DNA of 64,000 bases from Paragordius varius (Eukaryota > Animalia > Nematomorpha): NCBI GenBank assembly GCA_964247055.1, contig OZ176056.1, positions 6,758,001 to 6,822,000 of the forward strand, read 5' to 3'. Of this stretch, positions 1 through 14,450 are shown piece after piece (positions within the stretch are counted from its first letter, which is position 1; each line of letters begins with the position of its first letter). Under the pieces are notes generated by a model that was given only the letters and a program-made list of their open reading frames with translations, did no database searches and was not told where the DNA came from. The position numbers were made by a program, and so were the translations under genes.

Positions 1-1284
1 TTTGATATGACAAGGTATAAATACGCAAATGATAAAAGCCATACAATGACTTTCATAAAAATTAATTTAATTGGATTTGCAATCCAAAATTTATTAATTA
101 AATCAGTGTTTGAACAAAAAATCAATATATTTTAAAATAGTAATTAATGCACATACGACAAAAATATTAATTGATAAACACGTTAGTTAAACTTTAATCT
201 TGTATTTACTGTAATAATTAAATTACTTAGGTTAATGTTCTCTCTGACAATGGGCCAATTTTTATTCCATGGTAGGCACATCATAGGCAAAAATATATAT
301 TAAAATATATGCAAAATTATCATCTGCACTGAAATATCTATAGGCTATAAAACCTTCAACTAAAATTATATAGTCAAAAGATAAAATGAAGTAAAAATGT
401 TGTTAATTTAAATTGTGTACATTAATCCAATTTATTCAAGATTCCTATAATAGGTAGAAATTCAAAATTCAATGTTAAACCAAAAATAAACTAAAATTGA
501 AATAAATTAAAACATTTGTACACATATTGCAGTTAGTGTTATTAATATTATAAGTAAAATCAGCTGTTTGTTTCAATTGAATTTAGTACTAATTTACTAT
601 AAAAAAGATTATTAAAAGAAAACTTTATCTTTTATATATTTTAATCATGAATGTACTTAGTCAAAAAAACCTATAAAATTATTTACCAGTTTAAAGCTCT
701 GGTTTAAGTATTAAAAAACATTTCCAAGCATTATACAATTTTTAAAATTTTTATAATTATAGGATTTATAACGTTTGAAATATTGTCAAAACAAAGCAGA
801 CAAATATATAAAAAATATGAAAGTTTTCTGTATCCTCGCCCGTCAAAATTAAAACTCAGGGTACTTGTTTTAAAAGTAAAAATGCCCACCAATGAATTCA
901 GCAAAATAAACAATATTTTTTTCAATTGAACTCTTTTATTATGAAATGCTTTGGTGCTTTCAAATTAAATCGATTCAATGATTTTTTTATTAGCTGAACA
1001 TTACCTTTTATCAATAATATTAAAAAGGAAACATCTTAAACATATGTACATCGAGAGATATACTGCTACTATTACGGCACAATATTTTCATTTTTTATTT
1101 ACATTGTAAAAAACTAACATTAAAAATGAAAATAATTCTCTTTGTGAAATTTGTTTTGTGGGAAAATAAATAATGATTATGATGCGTTTAACAGAAAATG
1201 TGGGGGTAAATGATTATATCAGCTGATTGTTTAAGTTGTTTTGTGATGTATCTTTTTTAGAAAACTTATAAGTTGCTTAATACA

Positions 1285-1535
1285 CCATTTACACTTCGAA
1301 ATCCTCCTGCCTGGAACAATTCAAATTCGCCCTAAAAATGTTTTTTTAGGATTAAAAATTACCTATTTCTATTTATAATTGAAATTTCGTCTAAAAGAAA
1401 TGATACTGAAAAAAAAATAAGCTATGCCATACGGATATATTTTATATTACTGATGAGTTATATTAGCCTGAAAATACATAATTTCTTTTTAGGATGAATA
1501 TGAATTGTTCAAGGGTGACTTTAAATTTTAAATGG
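1285..1535. mobile_element. MITE of the CCATTTACA-ended family (TA-flanked)
   Basis: The ends CCATTTACAC and TTAAATGG-TA are inverted, and the internal GAACAATTCAAATTC motifs are shared with the copies at 44162, 54418 and 63786. Confidence 0.6.
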
Positions 1536-4500
1536 TATATATAAATTAAATGTTTGATAAATATATTAGCCGTGCCATATAACGCGTCATTCTCTTGTCT
1601 TTCGATTAAGTACAGCGTTGTCCAAATATACAAAACTTAAAAAGTATCTATATAATATATGGCCATTATATATAATATTTAAAAAAATTGAAACAATTTT
1701 CATCTCGTTTATCGGTCTAAACACTGGCAAATAAAATGACTTTATAATGCTTTTATTCAGCAAATTTTTGATAAATTATTTTAAAAAAGCCTTTGCAAAC
1801 ATTAAACTATAGAGATAAACTGAATAAAAAACTCTATACTTTATATAAACTTAATGATTGATATTGGATTATAATCCAATTTAGATAAATCTTATTCAAT
1901 TTTATTAAAAATTTAAATTGTGGCTCGAAAAATCCCTAATAAAATATTAAAGGGAATATATATAAATGAAAATAAAAATGTTACTCCTTCTGTATGTTTC
2001 GTTCGTCCCATACATTAAAACTGCCATTTTACAAATACGATTATAATTTTACATTATTACATAATTTTATACATATGTTTATAAAGTGACCTGACTACTC
2101 TGAGCGCATTTATAAATCGAAAATCTCCTTTGTTGTATTTGGTTGGCTCACACGTTTTCCGGATAATTGCGTCAAAGCCATTAACACTTTTATAAATGTG
2201 TAGTGGGGGAAATGGTTGTTTAAAATAACTTCTTTTGGTAGAGGCAAACTTAAACTTTGGGTTTTGCGCATTCTCATATTGCATCTGAGATCGAGTTCAG
2301 AAACTTTCCTGAATTTACACGAGGCAGGGTTAATCATCAAAGAACAATTAAGAGAGTAAGGTCGGTAAATTTTTATAAGAAATGTTTGTGGTCATTAATG
2401 ATTTAATTGTGATTGGGCAGCAAGTTTCCTGGAAAAATGCTGACTAAGTACGAATTTTTCGTTTGGAAACGTCGGATAAAAGTCTAGCTGACATTTAATG
2501 TTAAAAGTTGCTTATCTATAATCTTTAATTTCATAAGACATATATGGGCCATTAAGAAAATTACATAATTGGTCAATATTTTTGGATCATCAGTTTGGCA
2601 AACTTGATTATAAGGGAGAAGTTGGGGGAGGCAAACACAGAGGCTTGTTAAAAATGGCACCCAATTATGTTAACGCTTAAAATGAATGATCTTTTCCATA
2701 TTGCAATGGGTTTCTCAATTTTTTTGGAAACTGAATTCAAAGACACAAATTTTGGGCACTTATATTTTTCCGAAAAGTCCCTTTTTTACACGTGAACGGG
2801 CATAGGACACCATATAATTTAAAAATAGTTTGTCATTTATAAATTTTTAATGCACCTACATGCTTTCCTAAAAACGGCTTCACAGCCATTTCCTTTAATA
2901 TTTATAATATAAAGATTTAAGCCTGAGTGACAAAAACACTATAAAAGTCCTAATATAAATATTTTAGATGTAATATGTCAAAACAAATTTTGCATTTATA
3001 GGACGAATCTTAATTGTTAGTAAAGTTTTTACAGATAAGATGAACATTGTCGAACTGTATATATTTTATTTAGTAAAAAAGGTCCCCATTAGAATAGCTA
3101 TATAGATGTTTAAACGATATTGAATGACAAATAGTTGACATTTTGAATATATATTTATATATATATTTATACATAGCATAACATCCTGTTTTAAAAATAT
3201 TTCAATAATTTAATTATTAAAAAATTTATTGATTTTTTTTTACTTTTTTATAATAATAATTTTACCCTTATATATTATCCACATATTTTATTAAATAAAC
3301 CATTTTTTGATCATCATGTTTTCTCGTATAAGTACGAAAAATGAAAAAAAAATATTAAAACCAAAAAAAGTGAAATATATATTTTTACGCATTGGAATAT
3401 GCTCTACATTATTGATTTTTGATTATTATTAGATTTCTAAGTATATATAAGAGCTTTTCTAAAATTTTGCACACGTTATTGTATTTATATTTAATTTTTG
3501 GATATGTCGTAAAATCTTCTTGAATAGGTCAACATGAAAACACTTGAAAAGCTATCTATTCACAACAAGAGAATTTTAAAAATGATAAAATAATAAAAAA
3601 CTACATTTTTGGCATGAATAAAAAAAAGCACCATCTTTACCTTGAAAATATCGATCGAAATTTTTTTTTGATTAGCAGTAAAACAACCATTTTTTATAGT
3701 ATGACCATAGATGTATATATTATAAAAAAGTTATATTTAGTTGACTTTTTTCTAATCTAATTAAAATTTTGATATTTAATTTAGCATTTATCAAACTATT
3801 TATAGAATTTTAAAAACTTAGATCCATAATTATAAAAAGTGTCCTTCTGTTTCACTGTAATTGAGTTTGATTTAAAAAATTTTAAATTATACCTTGTCTT
3901 AGACAGGCAAATCAAAGCATCAAAAAATATAATTTTTGGACTCATTTCAACTACAAACAAATCAGGGTTTTATAATATTATTTTTATTTTTTGCTCTTTA
4001 GTATTAATTTATAAAAGTTCAGTGAGCTTCCATTCAAAATTTGTCGAATAAATTAAGTATGATCTATACTTTACTCAAACATGCAAGGATTTGAAAAATT
4101 ACCATTATAAAATGGTTTTTTTTAAACTATCTACTAAATTTATTTGTAACAATGCAATATCTATGGTCCATACATAATTTAAAGTAAATCGATGGAGAAA
4201 ATAACTACTATGCTTAAAAAGAGATAATATTTGCTCAATGTGTATATATCTATATCAATGTATATATGAATATCAATATATTATGATAGCAATTTATAGT
4301 GCAAAAAATTTTTTACGCCTAATGTATCTCTATAGCGTGTGACAGTTTGCCATATATATTAAAAGCTTTTCTGGAATTTATTTTACCAATAACTACTGCC
4401 TTTTTATTGGAGAATATATATATGTATATATATATATATATTATATTTTTTACATTATGTTGCTTAACAAAATTTGTAGATATTAATAATTTTTAGTTAG

Positions 4501-4946
4501 TTTTATACAATTTGCCACACTATTTAATTTTATGTTTCATTCAAAGATTTTTTCCCAAGTTAATAAACACTCCGTTGTCGCGATTTGGATTATCCAAGTA
4601 TTGTCAAATTTTGTTTACCCAGCCAAATTATTAATTAGTAAAATTCAAAGAAACCATTTAGGCTTTCCCTCTTTAATGTGAAACAATGTTATTAATTGAA
4701 TTAAATACATCCAGGACAAATTCTAAAACTTGCTTTCCCACCGTTTCAAATATTAGAGAAAAATGATAAATAAATAATCTGTATTCTCTCTCGGAAGTTC
4801 TATAGTAATAAATTTATGACATCAAAATGCAGAATCATTTTTCCGAAAAAAAAACAATTTACTAAATGATATTGATAACAATATTATATTAACGTCATTG
4901 AAAAATATTGGAAAAAAAACGTAACAGCAAAGGTAATATTGCAAAA

Positions 4947-6786
4947 ATGAAAACAGAATTTAACAAAGGAGCTATATGTACAAATTTAGTGCTATCACAC
5001 GTTAATATAAATAATAACACAAGGCAGCAGAATCAAAGGCATGTACAAAATATCAATAAACCGTTTTTATCGCCGCTTACAAGGAAAAAATTATCACATT
5101 CACCTAATATTGCATATTTTACATCTAATTTATTAAATCGAAATAACAGGGGTACACAACATCCCAAACATATTGATTCAAAGATTGGAAAAGTTAGATT
5201 TCATGATATAATAAAACATATCCAACGCAAAAAAATTATTTATCATTCAACACAAGGCTGGCCTCGATTAGTGAAACGAAATGTACCTCGTAATACATTT
5301 GTTGCCATATACGATGATGAGTATACTTATGGAAAAACAATTCCAATTAATCTCTCAACCACGACGCCAAAAAGCACCCCATCTAAATATTCAAGCCCGC
5401 CATCTCAGCTAAACAAACCCAATTCCGAAACATCTAAAACATTAAATCCAAAATTTACTGGCAAGTATATTAAAAGGAAAAAAATTATTGTAGGTAAAAC
5501 AACCACTTTACCAAACCTTCATACCATTAGTACTAATAGGCCCATACTTAGACGGATTAAAGTTAAAAAAATTAAACATATTCCATTTGCCACAACCATT
5601 AACGAAGAGTTTTTAACTACCGAAAATTTATTGTATGAAAATGGCACCGAGGAATCAGATGACAAAAATTTGCCAAATGAAAATAATCAAAACCAGGAAT
5701 CTGAAGAAGATAATAAATTAGAATCCTATACCGAAACTAATAAAGGTTCCAATCCAGAACAAGAAGAATTAGAGGAGGAGGAACAGACGGAACAACCGGT
5801 TATTAGACGAATCAAAAAAATTCGGGTTATTCGAAAAAAGAAACCAGAAAACTCTAAAGCAACAGAAGATATAGAAACTGAAAATCAGGGAGAAGAATTC
5901 TCTAAACCAACAGTCAAAGTAGTAAAATATAAACCCAAAAAACCTATTCGCCGGTCAACTATTATCGCAATTAAGGGTGAACGGTTAGCCACTTTAGTTA
6001 CACCTGAATACGCACAAAAAGTTTTTCCATCCTTAGGTTCCGAGCAAAACAAAAGTGGAGAAAATAAGCCTATTATAACGGCAACTACCAAATACATAAA
6101 TAAAGAAGGAAAAATGGTTATTCGCAAGAAAATTATTCGAAAAATAAAATTAACGCCTACCACGCCATTCGTTAGTGAATACGGCGTGAAAACTAGTAAC
6201 CCCAACATTGAATATGTCCCTGAAGGTGTTTTAGACGATGTAAACGAAAATCGACAACAATCTATGCCAGAGCAAGAAGAACCATATGGAGAAAATAATT
6301 TTGAGCCTAAGCCATTAAATGAGGCATCTACCTTGCGTCCCGAAACCGCTATGTACCGTAACATGATGCAAAACAACCAACCGAATCTGGGAATCATGGC
6401 GGCTATCCCCTCAAACGGTGCTATAGAAGAGATATTAATTACCAAACCACCCAAAGGGGCACGTAATAAGCTACCATCTTACAAAAACTATCAACAGTAT
6501 GCCTTGCAGCAACTGCCTACGAAAACAGATTTAGAGGCCCAACAATCGCAATCGTTTCAAATGACAAATCAAAGACCATCCGCCAGATCCGGAAAAATTC
6601 GTATGATCACTCCAGAAGATATTGAAGCACCTGTAGGATACGAGGAAATTCAGAAAAAAATAACAATAGCACCACCGGCATCAGCCAAGATTGGACAAAC
6701 GGCGAAGTCTCAAAAAGCGCCAGCTCATCATATGAGTGGCCAAGAATTCGCTCAAAAGCTTTTGAAGGCCAGTAAAAAAATACCAT
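4947..6786 (+). CDS. Giant first coding exon of the synaptotagmin gene; low-complexity, Lys/Arg/Pro/Glu-rich segment of about 613 aa
   Basis: The frame is open from 4902 to 6821 in highly AT-rich DNA. The first in-frame ATG is at 4947. The GTAAGT donor at 6787 is in the phase needed to join the TM exon. No signal peptide is visible. Confidence 0.75.
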
Positions 6787-8912
6787 GTAAGTCTTTTCTC
6801 CTTATTGTTGAATTTTATATATAAAGCATACTCATCCTTTTTATGCGATAAAATTATTTGGCTATCAATAATAATAAGAAAACGTTTTAATAGGCAATAT
6901 ATTTCAAGCTCATTTCCTGGCACTTTAACAATAGATTTTGACCACTACAATAAACCTTTTCGAAAATTATGGGTTCAATTATTAAAAACAAAATTTTTAT
7001 ATCGCAATTATTCTCATTTTTATCTGATAATATTTAAAATCTACCCTTGAATGTATGTTAACATAAAAAATCAATAAGTATCTCTGTTAAAGTACAACAC
7101 CAATTATGTACTTATATATGTTATGTAATGATAATAGTACCCCCTTGGGCATTGGTTGGTATAGTTGCTTTGTGCATTCTATTTGCTCTGTGTTGCTTAT
7201 ACTATTCATGTCGCAAACTTTTCCGCAAACGCAAAAAGGAAGGCAAAAAAGGACTCAAGGGTATAGTAGATCTAAAACAAGTGCAAGTCTTAGGAACTGG
7301 GCTTAAGGAAAAAGTAACTATGATATCTTACTCAATTTTTTTTTAAAACTAATATATCCGTTGTAATGATAAATAAAGGCGACTCAACCAGAACTACAAG
7401 ACTTAAAACCAAAACAAGTCATTCCAAGCGAGGAGGAAGAAGTGAAGTCAGATAAATCCCCAAAATATTTGGGAAAACTTAAATACAAACTTGATTACGA
7501 TTTCCAACAAAATCAGGTTACCATTCCTTCCATTAAAATTTTGTGTGTTGAATTTTTGTTAAAACGGTATTAATTAGTCCGAATATTTCTATATATGTTT
7601 CATTAAAAATCATTTAGCTCGCAGTAACGGTTAAAGAAGCCGTAGATTTACCAGGAATGGATATTTCAGGAACTTCCGATCCATATGTCAAGGTTTACCT
7701 CATGCCTGACAAGAAGAAAAAATTTGAGACCAAAGTTCACCGGAAAACACTCAATCCCATATTCAACGAGACGTTTGTTTTTAAGGTTAAATTTGATTTG
7801 ATATATATTTACGTTTTTAATCAAGGTGTCCTTACAAAAATAAAAAAGATGTTGCGTGCGCTTATAGGTTCCTTATTCCGAATTGGCGGGAAAAACTCTC
7901 ATATTTGCTGTTTATGATTTCGATCGCTTTTCCAAACACGATCAAATCGGGGAAGTTCGTTTACCACTCAAGCAAATAGATTTGGGCCAAATAGTCGAAG
8001 AAGAAAAGGAAATTACATCTGCACAGGTGGAGGAAGGGAAGGTTAATACCTAGTTTTGAAACAACCCTTTTATTTGATAAATAGTTATACATTTTCAAAA
8101 TTTTTCATATCTTCTTCCATATACAAAAGAATCAATTGGGTGACATATGCTTTTCACTCCGATATGTCCCTACCGCTGGAAAACTAACGATTGTGATTTT
8201 GGAGGCTAAAAATCTCAAAAAAATGGACGTTGGTGGATTATCAGGTATATAAGCCAAATCTTTATATATAATTCCATTAATAATAGAAATATCGCATATA
8301 TAATGTAATTTATAATGGGCAGATCCATATGTAAAGATTGCCTTAATGCAAAATGGTAAAAGACTCAAAAAGAAAAAGACAAGCATCAAAAAATGTACCC
8401 TCAATCCATACTACAATGAATCATTCACTTTTGAAGTTCCTTTCGAACAAATACAAGTATCATAATGAATTTTTTTTGTGCATTAAATGGTTAAATACAA
8501 TATGCACATTTATGTTGGTAATTATACATTTTTGACTGATTGTCAATACAGTAGCCCATGGTTAAAAACAACAACTGGTTATTGTTATGTTTTATTTATT
8601 ATATAACAAAACTTGTTTTATATCATATGATACTGTATTTCCAATTGGTCAACAATAATGTAAATTGGCTGTCAGATAAAGTGGATACTGTAAATTTAAT
8701 TTTTTTTTACTATTCTTATGTGAAATGGGTAGAAAGTCTCCCTAGTCATAACTGTGATAGATTATGACCGAATCGGTTCTTCAGAAGCTATTGGGCGAGT
8801 CGTTTTAGGCTGTAACGCTAAAGGGGCGGAATTGCGTCATTGGAGCGATATGTTGGCCCAACCGCGAAGACCCATTGCACTTTGGCATACTCTTCAAGAT
8901 ATTGATGAATAA
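4947..8912 (+). CDS. Syt1: Synaptotagmin-1-type Ca2+ sensor (TM, C2A, C2B) with a very long N-terminal exon; about 974 aa if translated from ATG 4947
   Basis: Hand-spliced exons: 4947-6786, 7138-7313, 7379-7516, 7618-7785, 7868-8041, 8130-8244, 8323-8456, 8733-8912. All introns are GT-AG and phases are consistent (351, 65, 101, 82, 88, 78, 276 nt). The exon 1/2 junction rebuilds [14 protein letters not shown], matching Syt1 KIPLPPWAL. C2A: [21 protein letters not shown]2B: [32 protein letters not shown]. The identity of the core is secure; the start codon is not. Confidence 0.93.
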
Positions 8913-10760
8913 GGAAATCAAAGGAAAATACTGGAAAATATATAAAGTTTTAAGTAAAAAAGAGCTGTTTTATAACGTTTAAAATTAATATGTCACGTTA
9001 ATTATTCTATTATAATTTTTATTTTAAAAAGACCGATAAATGTATCAGTTTACCATTAAATATAATTTAAATTTTTTCGACATAATTTATGTATCTCTTA
9101 TATATATATATATTGTTGTCAATCAATGTATTTATAAAATATAATGCTTCAAAATAATAAATACTATATATGCTTGTCCATATTGCTGTTTTTGAAATAT
9201 ATTTGTAGAACTAATTTGTTAAATAATCTAATTAATAAGAAACAGAGAAAAAAGGCAAATTAAGTGTTGTTAAAAAGTATTGTTTAAGTAGCGATATTTT
9301 TTATGGTTATAATATACCATGGTATGAGAATTTACGGGGCAGCGCAACTCTTTTTGTATAGCAAACATTTTATTAAACAAAATAAATGACGGTTAAGGAA
9401 CCGAAAAAATGGAAAATACCAAAATACACCAGAGAGCTAATTATATTTTGGCTTATTTTTTGGACATGCAGCAAAACGCTTAATATCATATGTTAAAATT
9501 ATGTTTTGCACAAAAATGCACTACAAAGTTTCCACAATTTTGGATTCACAACTCATTTTTGCAGTTTTATTTGGTGCTTCACTCCAGTACCCAACGGTAA
9601 ATTTGTAAAACGTAAATTGAAAAGTTATAACAATGGTTATTTAAAAAAATTAAAGTCATTGTTTTATACAATTTTATATTTTAATATATTCACTGGTAAA
9701 TATTATACCAAAAATAGACACGGCTATAATTTGTTTAAAAAAAAGCACAAATTAACTGAAAATTACTGAATAATGGATAATTTAAAATCTCAAAAACAAT
9801 TGGAAGTAATTTACCTATTTAATTATGTTGCTTAAATATATATGTTTAAATATTTTTACAAATGCACGATTTAAATCTTAAGGCTAAAAGCCAATCCGCT
9901 GTTTAATAAACTGCATTGATCATCCATTTAATAGAGTGAGTTTAACACCCCCAATTTTTAGGAATCACAAAAGTCTAATAACTTAAACTTTGTTAAATAT
10001 TTTGTAAAAAATTGCTTTAAACATTTAATAACGTCAATAATAAAAATAAAACATTTTAACAATTTGCAAATTTTTTGGTTATCACATAATTAATTCTATT
10101 TCCAAGATCATAAGTTTGATTGGGTAAAAGGTGGATAGATACGAGAAAAACATTTTGCAATACAAAAGTTGATATGGGGTCATGATTTGGGTTGATATCG
10201 TAAAATGCTTGAACGGCCAAATAATTGCTTCTTTGAACATATTCAATCTAATAATGGCATGAATAATTATGATTTAAAAAATTAAATAATTATCAAAATT
10301 AGCTATGTGTTTCGGGTATTTTAACGTTTAAGATTAGTGAAAAAATTTGGAAATACAGTGTGGTTTAAATGATAAAATTAGAAGAATAATAATAGCCCCC
10401 ATACAGGCTTTTTGAAGCATTTAATCAGAATAACCTAAGAACAGTAATATCAAAAACTTGATTTAACATATGTTTATGGTCATTCGGTTATACAGAAAAG
10501 ATTTTAAACTTTTTCCCTTTATTTAGATGTATTTAATTGTTTTTAGTTCCATAGCACTTTGATAACGCAGCAAAGGCGTCACCAGATTGGGTACCATTAT
10601 AATATATTTTATAATAGCCGAGTTTTACAGAATAAGTATTCAAAAAAATACCTGTAGAACCTGTTCGGCAAACGGTATAAACAATATTTCTATGTTTTTA
10701 TAATGTAGGTTGTAAATCTTGATATAATTTCCAATGTTGCAATTGATATGTGCAGGGCGG

Positions 10761-13700
10761 TTAATTGCTACTTTGTAAAACTAATAATGCAAACACAAAT
10801 GAAATTAAAATTGACATACTTGTTATATGTTTATCAAAACATTGATATTTAAAAATATGTTGTATAGTTAATTTTACCAGTTTTGGTGGGTTATCAAATC
10901 CCCTTACACTTTCTGCGCCATAAACTAACATTGAGATACGCTTTAGCTGATATTCAGTTTCAATATCCATCAATCGAATAATATTTTCGTTAAAAAATAT
11001 TTTTGTTGTCATTTCAATAAAAATTTGGTCCTGGTATCCTAAGGCAGTCATGCGTCTAAAACTTGCATTCCTTTAATTTCATTATATATATAATAAATAA
11101 CGATGCTCTTTCATGGGTTTATTATTAGTAAATTTAAAAAAACAAATAATTATTATCAAATGGATCTATTGCTCCTGGGAATACGCCTTTATGTGGAATA
11201 TAAAAGATTGTAAAAATTGGAATCTATGATCTGCTCCCAGAATAAATGTGTAAGTACGGAATGGGAAAGAAGTAAGTTAGCGAAAAAATGGGACACTAGT
11301 TGACGCATTGCTGAAAATATAAACCACCCTGAAATAATTGCTTTGATGACCTAATTTTGGGGATGATCTTAACATCTTCAAATACGGGGCATACATTTTA
11401 ATACTTTAAAGGTGGGAAAAAAATAAAATGGTTTTTTATATGAATGAGTACTTTGTTAATTATGATTAATCAAAACATTTTTTCCTTATAATTTTAAGTT
11501 CAACTTTAACCGTGAAAATAATTTTCATTTATGGAATTAAAAATAGTCACGATGCTATAATATCGTTATTGTTTTGCTATCTTATAAATTTATATTATGT
11601 ATATTATAATTTATTGTTGTTGTTATAAGCTAGTCATGTAGTGACTCTTGGCTTTCTCATAAATTAGTGTTCTCCATTTTTGACGATCCTGTGCTTCTCT
11701 CAACAATTAAAGAAAAGTTCGGTTTGTTATTGATTTAAGCATGTCGATCCACCGCTTTTGGGGTCGGCCCCTTCTGCGGGTGCCATCTATCAACCCAAAA
11801 AGTAAGCTTTTTTCTAGCGAATCGGATCGCAGGATATGACCCAGATATTTTAGCTGTTTAAAGATTATTAAATCGTGAAGTAAAAATTTGGGTTTGATGA
11901 GGTTGAGGATATAAGAATTGGAGATGTGGGCTTTCCAGGAGATTCTCAATATTTTTCGAAAGCACTACAGTTGAAAAGAGTTTATGCGGGCTTTGTCAAT
12001 GGATTTGCATATCCATGATTTGGACCAATAAATTGCCACGGGGTATATCATCGCCTTCAGGATGGCAAGTTTGGTTGGAAGTCTTATGACCGACGAGTTC
12101 TAATTTTGGACAGTTTACCCATAGTAGCACGTCTCAAGCTAGCCGTGCTCGTATGCCGGGATCCGAGCTACCGTCGGATGTAATTATGGAGCCTAAATAT
12201 TTACAGTGATCGGTTAGTTCGATGGGGGAGTTATTGATTGTAAATGGTAGTTGTGGAGCGTTTAGGATCATTATTTTAGATTTAGCTGGGTTCAGCTTAA
12301 GACCCATCAAACTTGCTTCGATGGTGTTTAAAAGATAGGTCATGTCCGTGTGGGATTCTGACAAGAGAATGTGTCGTCGGCGGACCGGAGATTGCAAATA
12401 GTAAGACCACCCATCCGTGCCCCAATATGTTGGGGAAAGTTACAATTGCGTATTAAAGTTTCTGTGTATAAGTTAAATAGGAGGGGAGAAAGGACACATC
12501 CTTGTCTCACACCTCTGAGAATAGGAAACCAGTCGATGGGACCGAATTGGGTTTTAATCGCGGCTGTTTGTCTAGAATACAGCGATTGAAGTAAGAGTAC
12601 TATGTGCGGGGAAACTCCGGAGGATCGTAATATGCTCCATAGGCAGTCGTGGTTGATTGTATCAAATGCCATACTGAAGTCTAAAAAGCAGCAGTATAGA
12701 CTTTTCCCAAATTCATTGTATCTTCGAATTATTATATTAAGATTAACTATGTGATTAGTAGTGTTTCTCTTTGCTCTAAAGCCAGCCTGCACCTCAGATA
12801 TTTCATAGTCCAGCGAGGATGAGATTCTTTTGAGTATAATCTTGAGAAGAAGTTTGGATAGTTTATTAGTGATAGCGATCATTCTATAGTTCTGACAAAG
12901 ATGGGGATTTCCCTTTTTAAAAAAGGGTAGGAGAAAAGATTTAGTCCAATCATCCGGCCAAATACAGGTTGAAAAACTTTTTGTAAAAGCCCTGTTTAAT
13001 TATTTATGATTGAATTACGGGTTAAATTATTGGTATACATATCGCTATTTTAAAAATATTTTTTACAGTTAACTAAGCTAAAGAATATCTATATAGCAAT
13101 ACACTATTGTTAGATTAAAAATATATATTTATAGAAGATATATGCCCGAGGTGGCCAACCTTTTTTTACAATCGCTACCTTTTAAGGAGAAAATTTCACG
13201 CTGGCATTAATATTAAGTATTAAAAGATTTATTTTTCACTTACAAATGATGAATACACACCGTGTGCAAAAAAGAGGGTTAATTTTTTTTAAAATTTTTT
13301 TTCATGAGATGGCTTATGACGAGCGAATTCATTTGCCGCAAAATTTATTATTCGTTGACAACCTTTGAAATATTAAGAGAAAATCGAAATCGGGCAAAAA
13401 GTGAGAATTAAGGATAATTAAGTATATTGAGATATTATGATTTATTCATTTTAGGCTATATTTCTATATATAAATAGCCTAAAATCTATAGTTGGGATTC
13501 TACAAAATTCCAGCTAAAAAGATGGCGTATTCTTTTTTAACACCTAGAAGATAAAAATGTTTGTTAAAAAACTATATTAAAATATTTTTTTTAAATACTT
13601 ACTAGCTAAAAACTATTAAAAAAAATTTTAACATCCATTTCAGTAAAAAAACTTATATATCAAAATAACAAAATATATTGTTTTTTACATTATTTTCCCA

Positions 13701-14415
13701 TCTGGTTAGTGTATAAAAAATGTATACTGTTTTATTTTGGAATCTTACAGGAGTGAGAGCTATAAAGTATATAATTTATACAAAATTGGAATTGAAAGTA
13801 GTGGAATATCAACCAACAATCCATTCAAATCCCTATATCAAGTTTGTTTAACATAAATTAATATTTTTACTGGGAATGTACGTTTTGTTTGATATTCCAC
13901 TACTTTAAATCCTATTTTGCAAAAATTATATAATTAATAATTCCAACTCAAATAATCCAAAATAAAACATTATAATTTTTTATACACTCATAAACCAGAT
14001 GACAAAAAAATGTATAAATAAAAAACAATATTGGTTTTATTTTGATATATAGGTTTTTTTACTGAATAAAATATAAATGTTAATATTTAATAGTGAGTTT
14101 AGGTAGTAAAAAAATTATATTATTAAACAAATCAATAACTGTAAAGGGTCTTTAACGCCATCTTTTTAGCTAAAATTTTATAGAAACCCTAACTATAAGA
14201 TTTTAGGCTATTTATATATAAAAAATATATACTAAAATGATAAAATATCTCAAATTTTATCATTACTTTTATCCTTAATTTACACTTTTTGCCTGATTTC
14301 GATTAACTCTCAATATTCCAAAACTAGGTGTCAACAAATAAAAATTTTTGCGGCAAATGAATACGATAAGCTATCTCATGCAAAAAAATTTTTTTTAATA
14401 ATTTTTTCACACACA

Positions 14416-14450
<35 letters not shown>

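Noticed and set aside
731-925. Hydrophobic ORF with SNVINPII resembling GPCR TM7
   Set aside because: Typical AT-rich chance ORF with no supporting exons in the window.
5885-6454. 189-aa minus-strand ORF
   Set aside because: Antisense shadow of synaptotagmin exon 1 with no independent features.
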